A program made the position numbers and the translations under genes. Below the pieces are notes generated by a model. The model was given only the letters and a program-made list of their open reading frames with translations, did no database searches and had not been told where the DNA came from. Below, one piece after another: positions 51,212 through 60,424 of a stretch of 64,000 bases of DNA; within the stretch, counting starts at the first letter, position 1; every line of letters starts with the position of its first letter. Source of the stretch: Candidatus Poseidoniaceae archaeon. GTDB taxonomy: Archaea; Thermoplasmatota; Poseidoniia; Poseidoniales; Poseidoniaceae. The stretch covers positions 3,632 to 67,631 of the forward strand of contig CAXPMI010000009.1 of assembly GCA_964218365.1 (NCBI GenBank), read 5' to 3'.

Positions 51212-52192
51212 TCATAGGCCCAATAATGGCATGATGAAAACCATCGGTCCACCCACTAGAGTTAGCGGGATAATTGCTGGCCACAAGAACACCAACAATG
51301 GATACTTCTTCGTAATCCAGACTTGGTTTACTCCATTTTCTTTCAATAAATCAATGTCCGATTGAAGTTTTTCTTTAGTTGGAGTTTTTCTAGGCGCTCT
51401 TGTGCTGTGTACAATCTTCTTTTCACCACTCGGCATTTCTGCAATTGATGTCAAAAGCCATACGTGATTATTCACCACTTCATCAACATCCATTCTCTGG
51501 GCATGCCATATCAACTTTAGATTCGTATTTCCTTCCCTCAGGTTTTTGAAAACCATGATTAGGGGTAGGAAAAGGAAAGACAATCCTCCCCAAACTAGCA
51601 GTGCTATTGCAGGAGGCATTGCGATTACAGAATTCTCCATGGCTCCTGGGAACTGTATGGGAATGCTAGTCCACGAGGGCACTAGTATTGCTACCCACAT
51701 TAGCCCTTTGCAATCAGCACCACCATGAATCAAGCGCATTCTCCATGCCATGTCTACCAAGAATATTGGAATGAAGACGGCGAAAGTTGACCACCACAGT
51801 ATTGCTTCTTCACTTCCGTCCCCCGAAATAATTCCGAGAATTGATTCGTCGGTATGTAATAGCAATCCTTGAACAACACCTGAAATCCCGATTACATACC
51901 AAAAGCTGACCAATATGTCCAATGAGTTGCCGGACTTAATGTCCTTTAGTGAAGGTCTTCCAATAACAGCAATTGATGCATATGCTACCATCCCTGCAGC
52001 AGTTGCAAAGACATACCATTCTGCCTCTGAATTTAGTAAATCTAGGACCCAAAGAAAAATCGCAGGTTTGGACCAAGTTATCCAAAATTGGTTAGGAACT
52101 CTACGCTCTTTATGGTCTAGCCATGCAGCGATTCCAAGAGCCCAAAACAACACAACAAGGCGAGTCCAAGATATCACACCTGCTGAATCCAT
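51212..52192 (-). CDS. A24-family aspartic peptidase (archaeal prepilin/preflagellin peptidase, FlaK/PibD/EppA-like)
   Basis: It is a polytopic membrane protein. The first catalytic Asp context is 'AAWLDHKERRVPNQFW' (D26). The second is 'IHGGADCKGLMWVAIL' (D160, GxGD-type). A soluble insert precedes the last TM helices, as in FlaK. Confidence 0.6.
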   Translation of the reverse strand: MDSAGVISWTRLVVLFWALGIAAWLDHKERRVPNQFWITWSKPAIFLWVLDLLNSEAEWYVFATAAGMVAYASIAVIGRPSLKDIKSGNSLDILVSFWYVIGISGVVQGLLLHTDESILGIISGDGSEEAILWWSTFAVFIPIFLVDMAWRMRLIHGGADCKGLMWVAILVPSWTSIPIQFPGAMENSVIAMPPAIALLVWGGLSFLFLPLIMVFKNLREGNTNLKLIWHAQRMDVDEVVNNHVWLLTSIAEMPSGEKKIVHSTRAPRKTPTKEKLQSDIDLLKENGVNQVWITKKYPLLVFLWPAIIPLTLVGGPMVFIMPLLGL

Positions 52193-52271
52193 GTTTGACG
52201 GATGGCGGCAATCACCTTAAAGGAGACACTCATGACAGGAGCGTGCGCAGGTCTTTGTGCAGGTGTGAACT

Positions 52272-52541
52272 ATGTCCGATATCGAAACTAAGTTGGGGCA
52301 AATTGCCACTGTGATTAACCAGATAGACGACCCAAAAGTACCTAGAAATATCCGCAAAGGTGCAAAAGAAGCGTGTGAGCAGTGGTTGCTCAACAAAGCG
52401 AAGGAAATGGATATCAGAATTGCAATCACTCAAGCGAAACTTGAGGAATTATATGAGGATCCAAACATCCCTCCAGAGTTTGGAACTCTTATTCTAATGA
52501 TTAATACCGAACTTGAAAAGATACTCAGGGAAACGCTTTGA
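52272..52541 (+). CDS. UPF0147-family protein
   Basis: The ORF is 89 aa. 'DDPKVPRNIRKGAKEACEQWL' and 'EDPNIPPEFGTLILMINTELE' match the conserved archaeal UPF0147 pattern. Confidence 0.7.
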   Translation: MSDIETKLGQIATVINQIDDPKVPRNIRKGAKEACEQWLLNKAKEMDIRIAITQAKLEELYEDPNIPPEFGTLILMINTELEKILRETL

Positions 52542-53963
52542 TTATTCTTCTTCAGATTCCTCTTCTAAGGCTTTAACCAAATCTTCGAGTCTAGATCTTA
52601 TTGGTTTTGTCACCTTGCCCTTGGATATCGCTTCGCCAAGGTCATTGAAATTTGGTCTTTCTGCAACTGCACTTAAGATGAATTCGACTTCATCTAGGCG
52701 TGCCTTGCCACGCTTCAGAATGGTTTGTGCGGCAGACCTGGCAGAAATCCGTGAGACTTCTTCATCTGATACTCCAAGAGTCTCTTGTAATTTCGAAAGT
52801 TTGTGATACTCTCCAGAAGACAAGTTTCCATCTTTTAGAGCATCTTGCCATGCTTCTTCCAATGTTGGGGCTCTTTCAGATAGCATGATTGCAATCGGAC
52901 GTGTTTCCTCAATATTCTCAAGAACGATTTTCACGATAGCGAACATTGGTATTGCTAGGATCATACCAAGTATTCCCCAAAGCCAGAATGAGAATGCAGT
53001 AATCAATAACAAGACTACAGGAGAAAGGTCCAGTGCTCTACCTGCCCATTTTGTCTCAATGTAATTACCCCATACTTGTTGATTGACAAGCAATAGGATT
53101 GTCAGTGTTAGTAAACCAGTTGGAGTTAGCAAAATTAGTCCCAAGATTAGAGGTGGAATTGTGGCAATCAACGAACCGATGTAGGGTACATAGTTCAGAA
53201 TAAATGTCATGACTGCCCAAACGAACCACAAATCAATTCCATAAATCGCCATGATTATCCCAGCAATTACGGCACTACCTAATCCACAACCTGTTTTTAC
53301 TATGAAATATGTATTGATGCCCTCTTCAATCTGGGCTTGAATTATCGCAACACGTTCACTTGCACCATCTGGCCACGCCCTCTCTATCCTGCCGGGAAGA
53401 AGATGTGCTTCGAATATTATGAATATGAGGAAGAAAAGAACCGTTATGCTAGTTGTAACAAATGTACCTACTTCCGAAACTACGGCAGTTATCAGGTCGG
53501 TAGCGGAACCTCCCGAGCCTATGCCAAGGCTTTCCAAATCACCTCCTACAGTTCCAGTGTCTTCTTTTATGGACTCTTTAATCGCAGGACCGACTATTGG
53601 AGCGTTCTTCAGAGCCTTCCACTTTTTGTTCAACTTTTCATTATACTCGTCTTGACGGTCCTCATCATCTATAAGATCAGAAGCCTGAGTCCATGCAAAG
53701 AAAGCTGTTGAAATTAGAATAAGAATGAACAATAGAAGTGTGGTTAGATATGATAGGAGAACTGGAAAATTATTCTTTGAAAGCCAATCTGCCCCTGGCT
53801 TCAGAACAAAGTAAATTCCCATTGCAATGAAGAACGGCTTTAGAACTGTTTCAAGATATATCATTGATAGAACAAAAACTGTCATCAAGATTGCAGCGTG
53901 AGAAGCTGTCGCAATTCTACGGTGAAATGAATGGCTATCAACAAGGCTCACACTCTCTCCCAT
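52542..53963 (-). CDS. AI-2E family transporter (PerM/UPF0118) with C-terminal cytoplasmic extension
   Basis: There are about 8 TM helices. The family signature 'FILNYVPYIGSLIATIPPLILGL' is present. A C-terminal soluble domain of about 110 aa follows. Confidence 0.75.
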   Translation of the reverse strand: MGESVSLVDSHSFHRRIATASHAAILMTVFVLSMIYLETVLKPFFIAMGIYFVLKPGADWLSKNNFPVLLSYLTTLLLFILILISTAFFAWTQASDLIDDEDRQDEYNEKLNKKWKALKNAPIVGPAIKESIKEDTGTVGGDLESLGIGSGGSATDLITAVVSEVGTFVTTSITVLFFLIFIIFEAHLLPGRIERAWPDGASERVAIIQAQIEEGINTYFIVKTGCGLGSAVIAGIIMAIYGIDLWFVWAVMTFILNYVPYIGSLIATIPPLILGLILLTPTGLLTLTILLLVNQQVWGNYIETKWAGRALDLSPVVLLLITAFSFWLWGILGMILAIPMFAIVKIVLENIEETRPIAIMLSERAPTLEEAWQDALKDGNLSSGEYHKLSKLQETLGVSDEEVSRISARSAAQTILKRGKARLDEVEFILSAVAERPNFNDLGEAISKGKVTKPIRSRLEDLVKALEEESEEE

Positions 53964-53998
53964 GTTGCGCCACAGAAATATCCAATACTTGAGTTATC

Positions 53999-54022
53999 AC
54001 CCAAAAAAAACACCTTTTGGGT
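53999..54022 (-). terminator. Hairpin with T8 run downstream of lon
   Basis: On the minus strand it reads ACCCAAAA-GGTGTTTT-TTTTGGGT, 27 nt after the lon stop. An oligo-T tract is typical of archaeal termination. Confidence 0.45.
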
Positions 54023-54048
54023 AGGTTATATTTAGAAAACTTATTGTT

Positions 54049-56100
54049 TCAAGAAATCTGTCCGGTAGGCGAGATTTCAGGGGTTAGTCTGTCAATAACT
54101 GCAGATAATCTCTCAACAAGGCTAGTTTTCATCTCGCCCACTAGAAGTGCATGCTCCATGACTTCATCGAGGGTGTCTACTGGAATGACCTCAATGCTCT
54201 CCCATTGTTGGTCTAAGAGTACGTCTTGAGCGTTGGCCCTTGGAATGATAACGGTCTTGATACCAGATTTAGCCGCAGACTCGATCTTCGCAGTTACTCC
54301 TCCGATTGGGAGAACTTCTCCACGAACCGATAGACTACCTGTCATTGCTAGGTCTTGCCTGATTGGGATGTTTTCCAGTGCTGAGATGATAGCTGTCGCA
54401 ATCGTAATGGAAGCAGAGTCACCGTCGACTCCATGTGTATCTACGAACTGAATGTGTATGTCGTAATCTGAGACATCCTTTCCAGTAAGTTTCTTGATTA
54501 CCGCACTTACATTTGTGACGCTTTCTTTAGCAAGGTCAGACAAACCACCAGTTGCTAGTACTTTACCGCCTCCACCAAGTGATGGGGTAACCAATGCTTC
54601 GACAGGTAGCATGATTCCACTGTAGTCAGATAGTCCAGAATCTGCTCCTAGTACAGCAAGGCCGTTCACTCTTCCAATGCGGTTCCCAGAGTTGACTGTT
54701 AGTGAGTACTCTTGTCTGCGCTCAATCATTCTGTCAGCGACTTGCTGCTCTAGTGGCTTGGCTATGTTTCTAGCCGCAAGGACATGTCTGGATGTTGTGT
54801 ATTCTGAACCTTCCTCAGTTGCAAGGTCACCAGCAATTCTGACTAAGCCACCCAACTCACGAAGTCTAAGCGAAAGTTTACCGCGACGCCCAGCTCTTCT
54901 CTGTGCTTCTCTTAGGATTACAGATACGCCAGTCCTGTCGAAGTGAGGAATCTCTCTTGAAGTTCCCAAGTCTCTTCGCACCTCTTGTGCGATGAACCTA
55001 ATCAGACGCCTTCGGTTTGCAGTAGTGTCAGGCATGTGGGAGTTAACGTAAACTTCGTAGCCATATCCACGGATACGACTGCGCAAGGCAGGGTGCATTC
55101 CCTGTATTGCATCAAGGTTACCGGCCGCGATTAGAACGAAGTCACAAGGTACTGCTTCGGTCTTGGTTAAGGCACCGCTAGACCTTTCAGAGCGTCCAGA
55201 GATCGGGAAAGCTCTCTCTTGCATTGCAGTTAGGAGTGCTTGTTGCTCTTCTAGTCTCAACAAGTTGATTTCATCGATGTACAGGACTCCACCATGGGCT
55301 CTGTGAATTGCACCGGGCTCTACCCTTTCATGCGCAGGTGTTTCCATTCCACCACTTTGGAATGGGTCGTGTCTAACGTCCCCAAGTAAACTGCCGGATA
55401 GCGTTCCAGTCGCGTCAACAAATGGTGGCGGGTCTTGTCCTTGGTGTTTTACTAGCACTTTGGGAATGCGAGCTTCGTCAGCACCACCCATTCTAGATCT
55501 TAGGAACATGTATCCAAACATCAGTAGAAGCATACCGAATAGTAGTGTCAAGATATCTCCGCTTTGAATTGCGACGACTGCCAAAAGGAATGCGATTGCT
55601 ACGAAACCAATCATCAGCATTTTCTGACTTTTCTCTCTTTGAATTCTAACAGCCTCTTTCTGGCTCTTGACAATTCTATCGCCTCTTCCAGCGGGAACTG
55701 TCCGGACTCTTGGCTCATTCTCATCGTCATCATTAGGATAGCATAAGATGTCCTCGAGTTTATCTTGAGGCAGTAGTTCTGTCATTGACCTAGCAAGCAT
55801 CGATTTACCAGTGCCTGGGTCACCAATCATCATCATGTGTCTGCGCTGTTCAGCGGCCTTGCGGATTACTACTGAGCCTGCTTCTTGCCCGATGACTTGG
55901 TCAACCAACCTTTCTGGGATTGGCACGTCTTCGGTGGACTTGAATTCGATACTCCTTACCCACTCGTCGATTGGAGTGTCATTTAACTCGATAGCCTCTG
56001 ATGGTTCTGGGCTCCAAACTGTGACCATTACTTCCTCTTCATCAGAGACTGAATCAGCCTCGTCTGAAGCGGTAGTTTCGGATACTTCCTCTTCGGTCAC
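54049..56100 (-). CDS. lon: Archaeal membrane-bound Lon protease (LonB)
   Basis: The Walker A motif is '[14 protein letters not shown]'. A two-TM insertion in the AAA domain reads '[16 protein letters not shown]...[15 protein letters not shown]'. The protease domain has '[19 protein letters not shown]' (Ser) and '[14 protein letters not shown]' (Lys). Confidence 0.9.
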   Translation of the reverse strand: MTEEEVSETTASDEADSVSDEEEVMVTVWSPEPSEAIELNDTPIDEWVRSIEFKSTEDVPIPERLVDQVIGQEAGSVVIRKAAEQRRHMMMIGDPGTGKSMLARSMTELLPQDKLEDILCYPNDDDENEPRVRTVPAGRGDRIVKSQKEAVRIQREKSQKMLMIGFVAIAFLLAVVAIQSGDILTLLFGMLLLMFGYMFLRSRMGGADEARIPKVLVKHQGQDPPPFVDATGTLSGSLLGDVRHDPFQSGGMETPAHERVEPGAIHRAHGGVLYIDEINLLRLEEQQALLTAMQERAFPISGRSERSSGALTKTEAVPCDFVLIAAGNLDAIQGMHPALRSRIRGYGYEVYVNSHMPDTTANRRRLIRFIAQEVRRDLGTSREIPHFDRTGVSVILREAQRRAGRRGKLSLRLRELGGLVRIAGDLATEEGSEYTTSRHVLAARNIAKPLEQQVADRMIERRQEYSLTVNSGNRIGRVNGLAVLGADSGLSDYSGIMLPVEALVTPSLGGGGKVLATGGLSDLAKESVTNVSAVIKKLTGKDVSDYDIHIQFVDTHGVDGDSASITIATAIISALENIPIRQDLAMTGSLSVRGEVLPIGGVTAKIESAAKSGIKTVIIPRANAQDVLLDQQWESIEVIPVDTLDEVMEHALLVGEMKTSLVERLSAVIDRLTPEISPTGQIS

Positions 56101-56176
56101 AATATACCCTCACACACAGACCATTTTAGGCGTTTGGCAAACACCGTAGGGGTTTGCTCGCTCAATTTTGCAGTAT

Positions 56177-59100
56177 TCACTGTTGGTACTGGTGGCCGTA
56201 ATACGCCCACTGCTCCATTGTCCAACCTGCAGGAAGCCCGCCTTCTGGAAGTGGAGGTGCTCCTGGAGGTACTTGTTGCGCTACAGCAGGCGCAGGAGCC
56301 GCAACCGGTTGCTGGAATATCTCTTGAGCTCCTCCGTACATTGAGTTAGCAACTGCATCATTCGCTGGAAGTTGGTTTGCCCAATCTACAACCTGTACTT
56401 CATTACCTCCGTTTCCTCCACGCATGAACATTAGTCCTGCTAGAAGTGCTACGATTACAACACCGATTACGATTAGTACAACGGTTAGGTCAAGTCCTGA
56501 TTCGCTAGAATCGTCGGTTGTTTGGCTAGATGCTTGTTCTTCACAAGTTGTGAATTCACAAGCCTCTTCTTTCTCAGCTTCTAGGGTATCCAAATCTTCA
56601 ACAGCGGTTTCGTATTCGGAAGTTCCCTTCTCCATATCTTCAATCTTAGCCTTTAGGACATCAATCTCTATCTCAAGTTCCTTGATTAGTTCGATGACTT
56701 CTTCTTCTGTCATCGAATCAGGTCCAGGTGCGTAATCTGTAGCAGTCCACTTAGTAGGACCCTTGAACTCAAATTTCTCTCCGTTTGACGCTTGAGCAAC
56801 TACTGTCTTTAGGGCTAAGTAATGGAATTGGCCCATTCCTGTATCGTCGATTTGTCCGTTGACAGGATCAAAAGTCCAACCAACACTCTTCATTGTGATG
56901 TCGTGTTCGAAAACCTCATTGTACATGCAATATTCAGGGTTGCACATTTGCCAAGTTGAAGATAAGGATGTGATTGTTACATCGTCCTTGTTCAAAAATA
57001 GTGTAACTTCTGGTACTTCTCCAACGTAGATGTCTCTGACACTTACTGAGATATCTGCATCTGGTCCTTCTCCAACCAATAGTGGTAGACTGTCATAAAC
57101 GTCTACAACTAGGGTGTAGATGTTTGAGTCGTATCGGTCTTCGGTTTGGATTGTTACCGTCTGTAGGCCTGCTGTTTCCCAAATTAGAGTCAATGTGTTG
57201 TCGAGGAAACTAACTCTTGCAGCACCTGGTACTGGGTTAGATGCAGTAATAGTAACTTCATTGACGTTGCCATCGATGTCAGTCAAGATCTCGTTTAGGA
57301 AGATTACTTTCTGTGTGTTGACCTTCAGTCTCATGTTCTCAAATTCTGAAAGGTCTAGTCTTGGAGCATCGTTGATAGGTGTGATTGCAATAGTGATTAT
57401 TTGGTCAGAGTATTGCTCACCGTCGCTCGCTCTAATTGTTATTGTTGTCTCACCATTGATGTCTTCATCACTTGTTGCATAGTTCAAAGTGAAACCATTT
57501 AGGGTGATGTCCAACAGTTCTGGATTGGTGTTATCAACGATAGCAAGCATCAAATCATCTGCTGCTGCGATGTTTCCATTTTCGTCAGTATCTGATAGGT
57601 ATGGGAGAAGATAAGTGGAAGCAGAAGATGCTTCATCGACGTATTGCTTCTCTACACCAGCCCATCGTGGTTGACCATTTTCGATAACATTGAACAGAAG
57701 AGTGCCAAATGCCGTGTCTGTTCCATCGTTGACTGCGATTTCGATACCAGATGCAGTTGGCTGACCAGAAACATACCTGATGTTCTCAAAGTAAACTTCA
57801 ATCTCTTCAGTTGCTGGGTGCCATGCAACAAAGTTAGGGCTGTTGCTTGTGATTACTAGTTGGTCTAAGTCGGTTTCAGCATCGTTGATGTTGTTTATGA
57901 TGGAAACCTTGGTCGAAGTCTGAACCTTGACTGTTGGTACTGGCTCTGCAGTGATTATTGGCATTGCGTTCTTGAGAGTAAATCCTCTTTCTGTAACCTG
58001 CCAGTCACTTGTTTGCATTCTTGAATCGATTGCTCTGACACGGATGTCATAATCTCCTGCACCCATGTTCATGCTTGGCTTTACGAGATACTGGCGGTGT
58101 TCGTTAGATGTTCCTTCTTGGAAGACTTCATCTCCGCCGACAATCATATCGCCACCCATCCACTGATCCATTCCAGTAGGTGAAACTTCTACATCGAATG
58201 TGATGAATGAAGTGTTGATGTCAACTCCATCGTTGAAAGTCGCTTTTGCTTCGATTAGGAAGTTATTTCCTCTCTCGATTTGATTATTCCCGATAACTTG
58301 TGCTTTGCGTGCAACTGGAATTAGATCGTGTGGTATAATTTCAGTTCCTTCGTTGTTTGAACCGGACTTGTCAGCTACCAAGTTGGAGAGTTCTACCCCA
58401 AATGTTGTTTGGTATGCAGATGATGGCAGGCTTGTCGTGTCAATCTGTCCGGTGAAAGTCTGTGTTGCCCCGCTTGAAGCGAAGTTACCCAGAGTTTGAG
58501 TTGAACCAACATAGGTCTTGACGTTGTTTGCCTTGTAGAAGAATCTCACATCTCCACCGTCAGTGTAAGCGTCTACTCCGTTATTGACGATGGTTGCTTC
58601 AACATTCAACACGTCTCCGTTGATGTAACCGCTAGTTGCGCTTGGGTTGGTTGCGGTGAATGACTTCACTCCAACATCGATAGTTGGAGCCATGTTTGAG
58701 TCCGCTGCAGATACAACATTGCGGTGAGTTGTGTGGTCTCCATCAAGTAGGGCTGCAACTGTTAGGAAGTTGTCAACCGCAGTGTGTCCGCCGCCAGCAC
58801 GTACTGTTGAGATAGGAACTGACCAGGACTTTGTAATTGAACTTCCAGATGTCAGGGTTACGGATTCGAATCCGTTGTTGTTACTGTTTAACAACCACTT
58901 CTTCCAGACGTGATGAGGGTTTGGTGAACCGCCACTGTAGGTTTCAGGGGATGTCTCTTCTGTTACTGCTGCGTAAATGTAGACAGTCTTGGAACCGGTT
59001 CCCATGTAAGATGCTGTGATGTCAATATCCATGTTGTTTCCATTTTGTGATTGAATGACGCTAACAGAGTAATCGTTTGGATTGTTCATGTTGCCACCGT

Positions 59101-59572
59101 TCTGATAAAAACTGTCGTAAGATTGGCCACCGACAGTGTAGTAGTTACCGCTTGCTGCATCTCCAAAGACTACTGTTGGGTAACCAGATGGATTGATGTG
59201 TTGTCTGCGGTTGATTGGTGAGTCGGAAGGCCACCCTGTTGCTGCAGACTCCCAGAAGGAAATGTAGGTGAAATCTTCAGATTGCGTACCTCCTCCGCCA
59301 TTTGTACCGTAGAGGCTGTCTAGGTTGGTTGAAGATGTTTTACAAGGGCCACACCAGTATGCACCTACGTATTCAGCAAACACTGGGTGTCCGGGGCTTG
59401 TAGCCTCAAACTGAGTAGGTTCTTCTTTGAGTTCAGGAGTTGCGTTTTGATTTTCTGCAATGAGTCCTCCAAATGATGCAAGGATGCTAATTAACATCAA
59501 TCCAACAATGGAATAGGCAGTCTTACGTGTGGCCGACATGAGTATCGTTCGAAAAACATGGTATTTGAACAT
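56177..59572 (-). CDS. Surface protein: signal anchor + thioredoxin-like (WCGPC) domain + Ig/cadherin-like repeats + coiled coil + TM + Pro-rich cytoplasmic tail
   Basis: The anchor is 'AYSIVGLMLISILASFGGLIA'. The thioredoxin motifs are 'FAEYVGAYWCGPCK...GYPTVVF'. A cadherin-like motif is 'ITIAITPINDAPRLDL'. The coiled coil is 'EEVIELIKELEIEIDVLKAKIEDMEKG'. The TM is 'LTVVLIVIGVVIVALLAGLMF'. The tail is 'PPGAPPLPEGGLPAGWTMEQWAYYGHQYQQ'. Confidence 0.75.
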   Translation of the reverse strand: MFKYHVFRTILMSATRKTAYSIVGLMLISILASFGGLIAENQNATPELKEEPTQFEATSPGHPVFAEYVGAYWCGPCKTSSTNLDSLYGTNGGGGTQSEDFTYISFWESAATGWPSDSPINRRQHINPSGYPTVVFGDAASGNYYTVGGQSYDSFYQNGGNMNNPNDYSVSVIQSQNGNNMDIDITASYMGTGSKTVYIYAAVTEETSPETYSGGSPNPHHVWKKWLLNSNNNGFESVTLTSGSSITKSWSVPISTVRAGGGHTAVDNFLTVAALLDGDHTTHRNVVSAADSNMAPTIDVGVKSFTATNPSATSGYINGDVLNVEATIVNNGVDAYTDGGDVRFFYKANNVKTYVGSTQTLGNFASSGATQTFTGQIDTTSLPSSAYQTTFGVELSNLVADKSGSNNEGTEIIPHDLIPVARKAQVIGNNQIERGNNFLIEAKATFNDGVDINTSFITFDVEVSPTGMDQWMGGDMIVGGDEVFQEGTSNEHRQYLVKPSMNMGAGDYDIRVRAIDSRMQTSDWQVTERGFTLKNAMPIITAEPVPTVKVQTSTKVSIINNINDAETDLDQLVITSNSPNFVAWHPATEEIEVYFENIRYVSGQPTASGIEIAVNDGTDTAFGTLLFNVIENGQPRWAGVEKQYVDEASSASTYLLPYLSDTDENGNIAAADDLMLAIVDNTNPELLDITLNGFTLNYATSDEDINGETTITIRASDGEQYSDQIITIAITPINDAPRLDLSEFENMRLKVNTQKVIFLNEILTDIDGNVNEVTITASNPVPGAARVSFLDNTLTLIWETAGLQTVTIQTEDRYDSNIYTLVVDVYDSLPLLVGEGPDADISVSVRDIYVGEVPEVTLFLNKDDVTITSLSSTWQMCNPEYCMYNEVFEHDITMKSVGWTFDPVNGQIDDTGMGQFHYLALKTVVAQASNGEKFEFKGPTKWTATDYAPGPDSMTEEEVIELIKELEIEIDVLKAKIEDMEKGTSEYETAVEDLDTLEAEKEEACEFTTCEEQASSQTTDDSSESGLDLTVVLIVIGVVIVALLAGLMFMRGGNGGNEVQVVDWANQLPANDAVANSMYGGAQEIFQQPVAAPAPAVAQQVPPGAPPLPEGGLPAGWTMEQWAYYGHQYQQ
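59123..59410 (-). other. Extracytoplasmic thioredoxin-fold domain
   Basis: The CGPC active site is encoded at 59342-59353. A cis-Pro motif 'GYPTVVF' lies about 55 aa downstream. Confidence 0.65.
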
Positions 59573-59656
59573 GTGCTATAAATGTCAACACCCCCTACGG
59601 GGGTATGGTGGTTCTAAGATGCGAATCTTTCTTCAAACACTCCTCCTCGCACATGC

Positions 59657-60421
59657 ATGGCAGACTATTCGATCCTGATGGAAAGTGAAGGTCGAATACA
59701 CGTGGTAGAAGTACTTGATGAAATGGTCAAGCACAAGGGTCTAGGAGTGCTCAATACTGCGGAACTGCTCAAAGGAGCAAAGGTAGGAGATGAGGTTTTA
59801 GTAGGCCAAAAATATCTCACAATTATGCCACCTAGATTGCAAGAGTTAATTTCTGGAATGGCAAGAAGGGCACAAACAATTTCCTCGAAAGACGCAGGTT
59901 TCATCATCACAAAATTGGGTGTAGGTCCTGGTGATACTGTATTGGAAGCAGGATTGGGCTCCGGAGGCTTATCCCTTCACTTAGCCAAGGTTATGGGAAA
60001 TTCCGGTCATTTAGTAACAGCTGAGCCAAGAGAAGAGCATGCAAGCGTTGGATTATTGAACCTCAGTAGAGCAAATGATTGCTTTGAAGAATTCCCAAGT
60101 CACACCCACCTGGATGGCTTGGTTGAAGATGTCGTACCAGATTTGGAATTTGACTGTGTAATCCTCGACATGCCTTCCCACAAAGCAGCAATCGAAGCGT
60201 GCACACCTAAGATGAAATTTGGAGCAAGGCTTGCATGTTATGCTCCCACTACCTCTCAGTTGGAGTTGTGCTGGAAAACATGTGAAGATTCTGGATTAAC
60301 TGTTGAATGGGCTGGAGAGTTGATGGAGCGCCAGTGGGGCTTGACTTCGAAAGGAGGGATGCGTCCAGTAAATGGCCCATTCGGCCATACAGCTTTCTTG
60401 TTATTTGCACAAAAGCGATAG
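59657..60421 (+). CDS. trmI: tRNA (adenine-N1)-methyltransferase TrmI
   Basis: Motifs seen are 'RRAQTISSKDAGFIITKLGVGPGDTVLEAGLGSGGLSLHLAKVMGNSGHLVTAEPREEH' and 'FDCVILDMPS'. The SAM-binding GxGxG and the GCD14 family pattern are present. Confidence 0.8.
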   Translation: MADYSILMESEGRIHVVEVLDEMVKHKGLGVLNTAELLKGAKVGDEVLVGQKYLTIMPPRLQELISGMARRAQTISSKDAGFIITKLGVGPGDTVLEAGLGSGGLSLHLAKVMGNSGHLVTAEPREEHASVGLLNLSRANDCFEEFPSHTHLDGLVEDVVPDLEFDCVILDMPSHKAAIEACTPKMKFGARLACYAPTTSQLELCWKTCEDSGLTVEWAGELMERQWGLTSKGGMRPVNGPFGHTAFLLFAQKR

Positions 60422-60424
60422 AAA

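Noticed and set aside
59590-59604. The palindrome ACCCCC-TAC-GGGGGT in the divergent region between the thioredoxin-adhesin and trmI
   Set aside because: It is a short 6-bp stem that occurs once, with no second copy or associated motif. It could be a regulator site, but the evidence is too thin to call.
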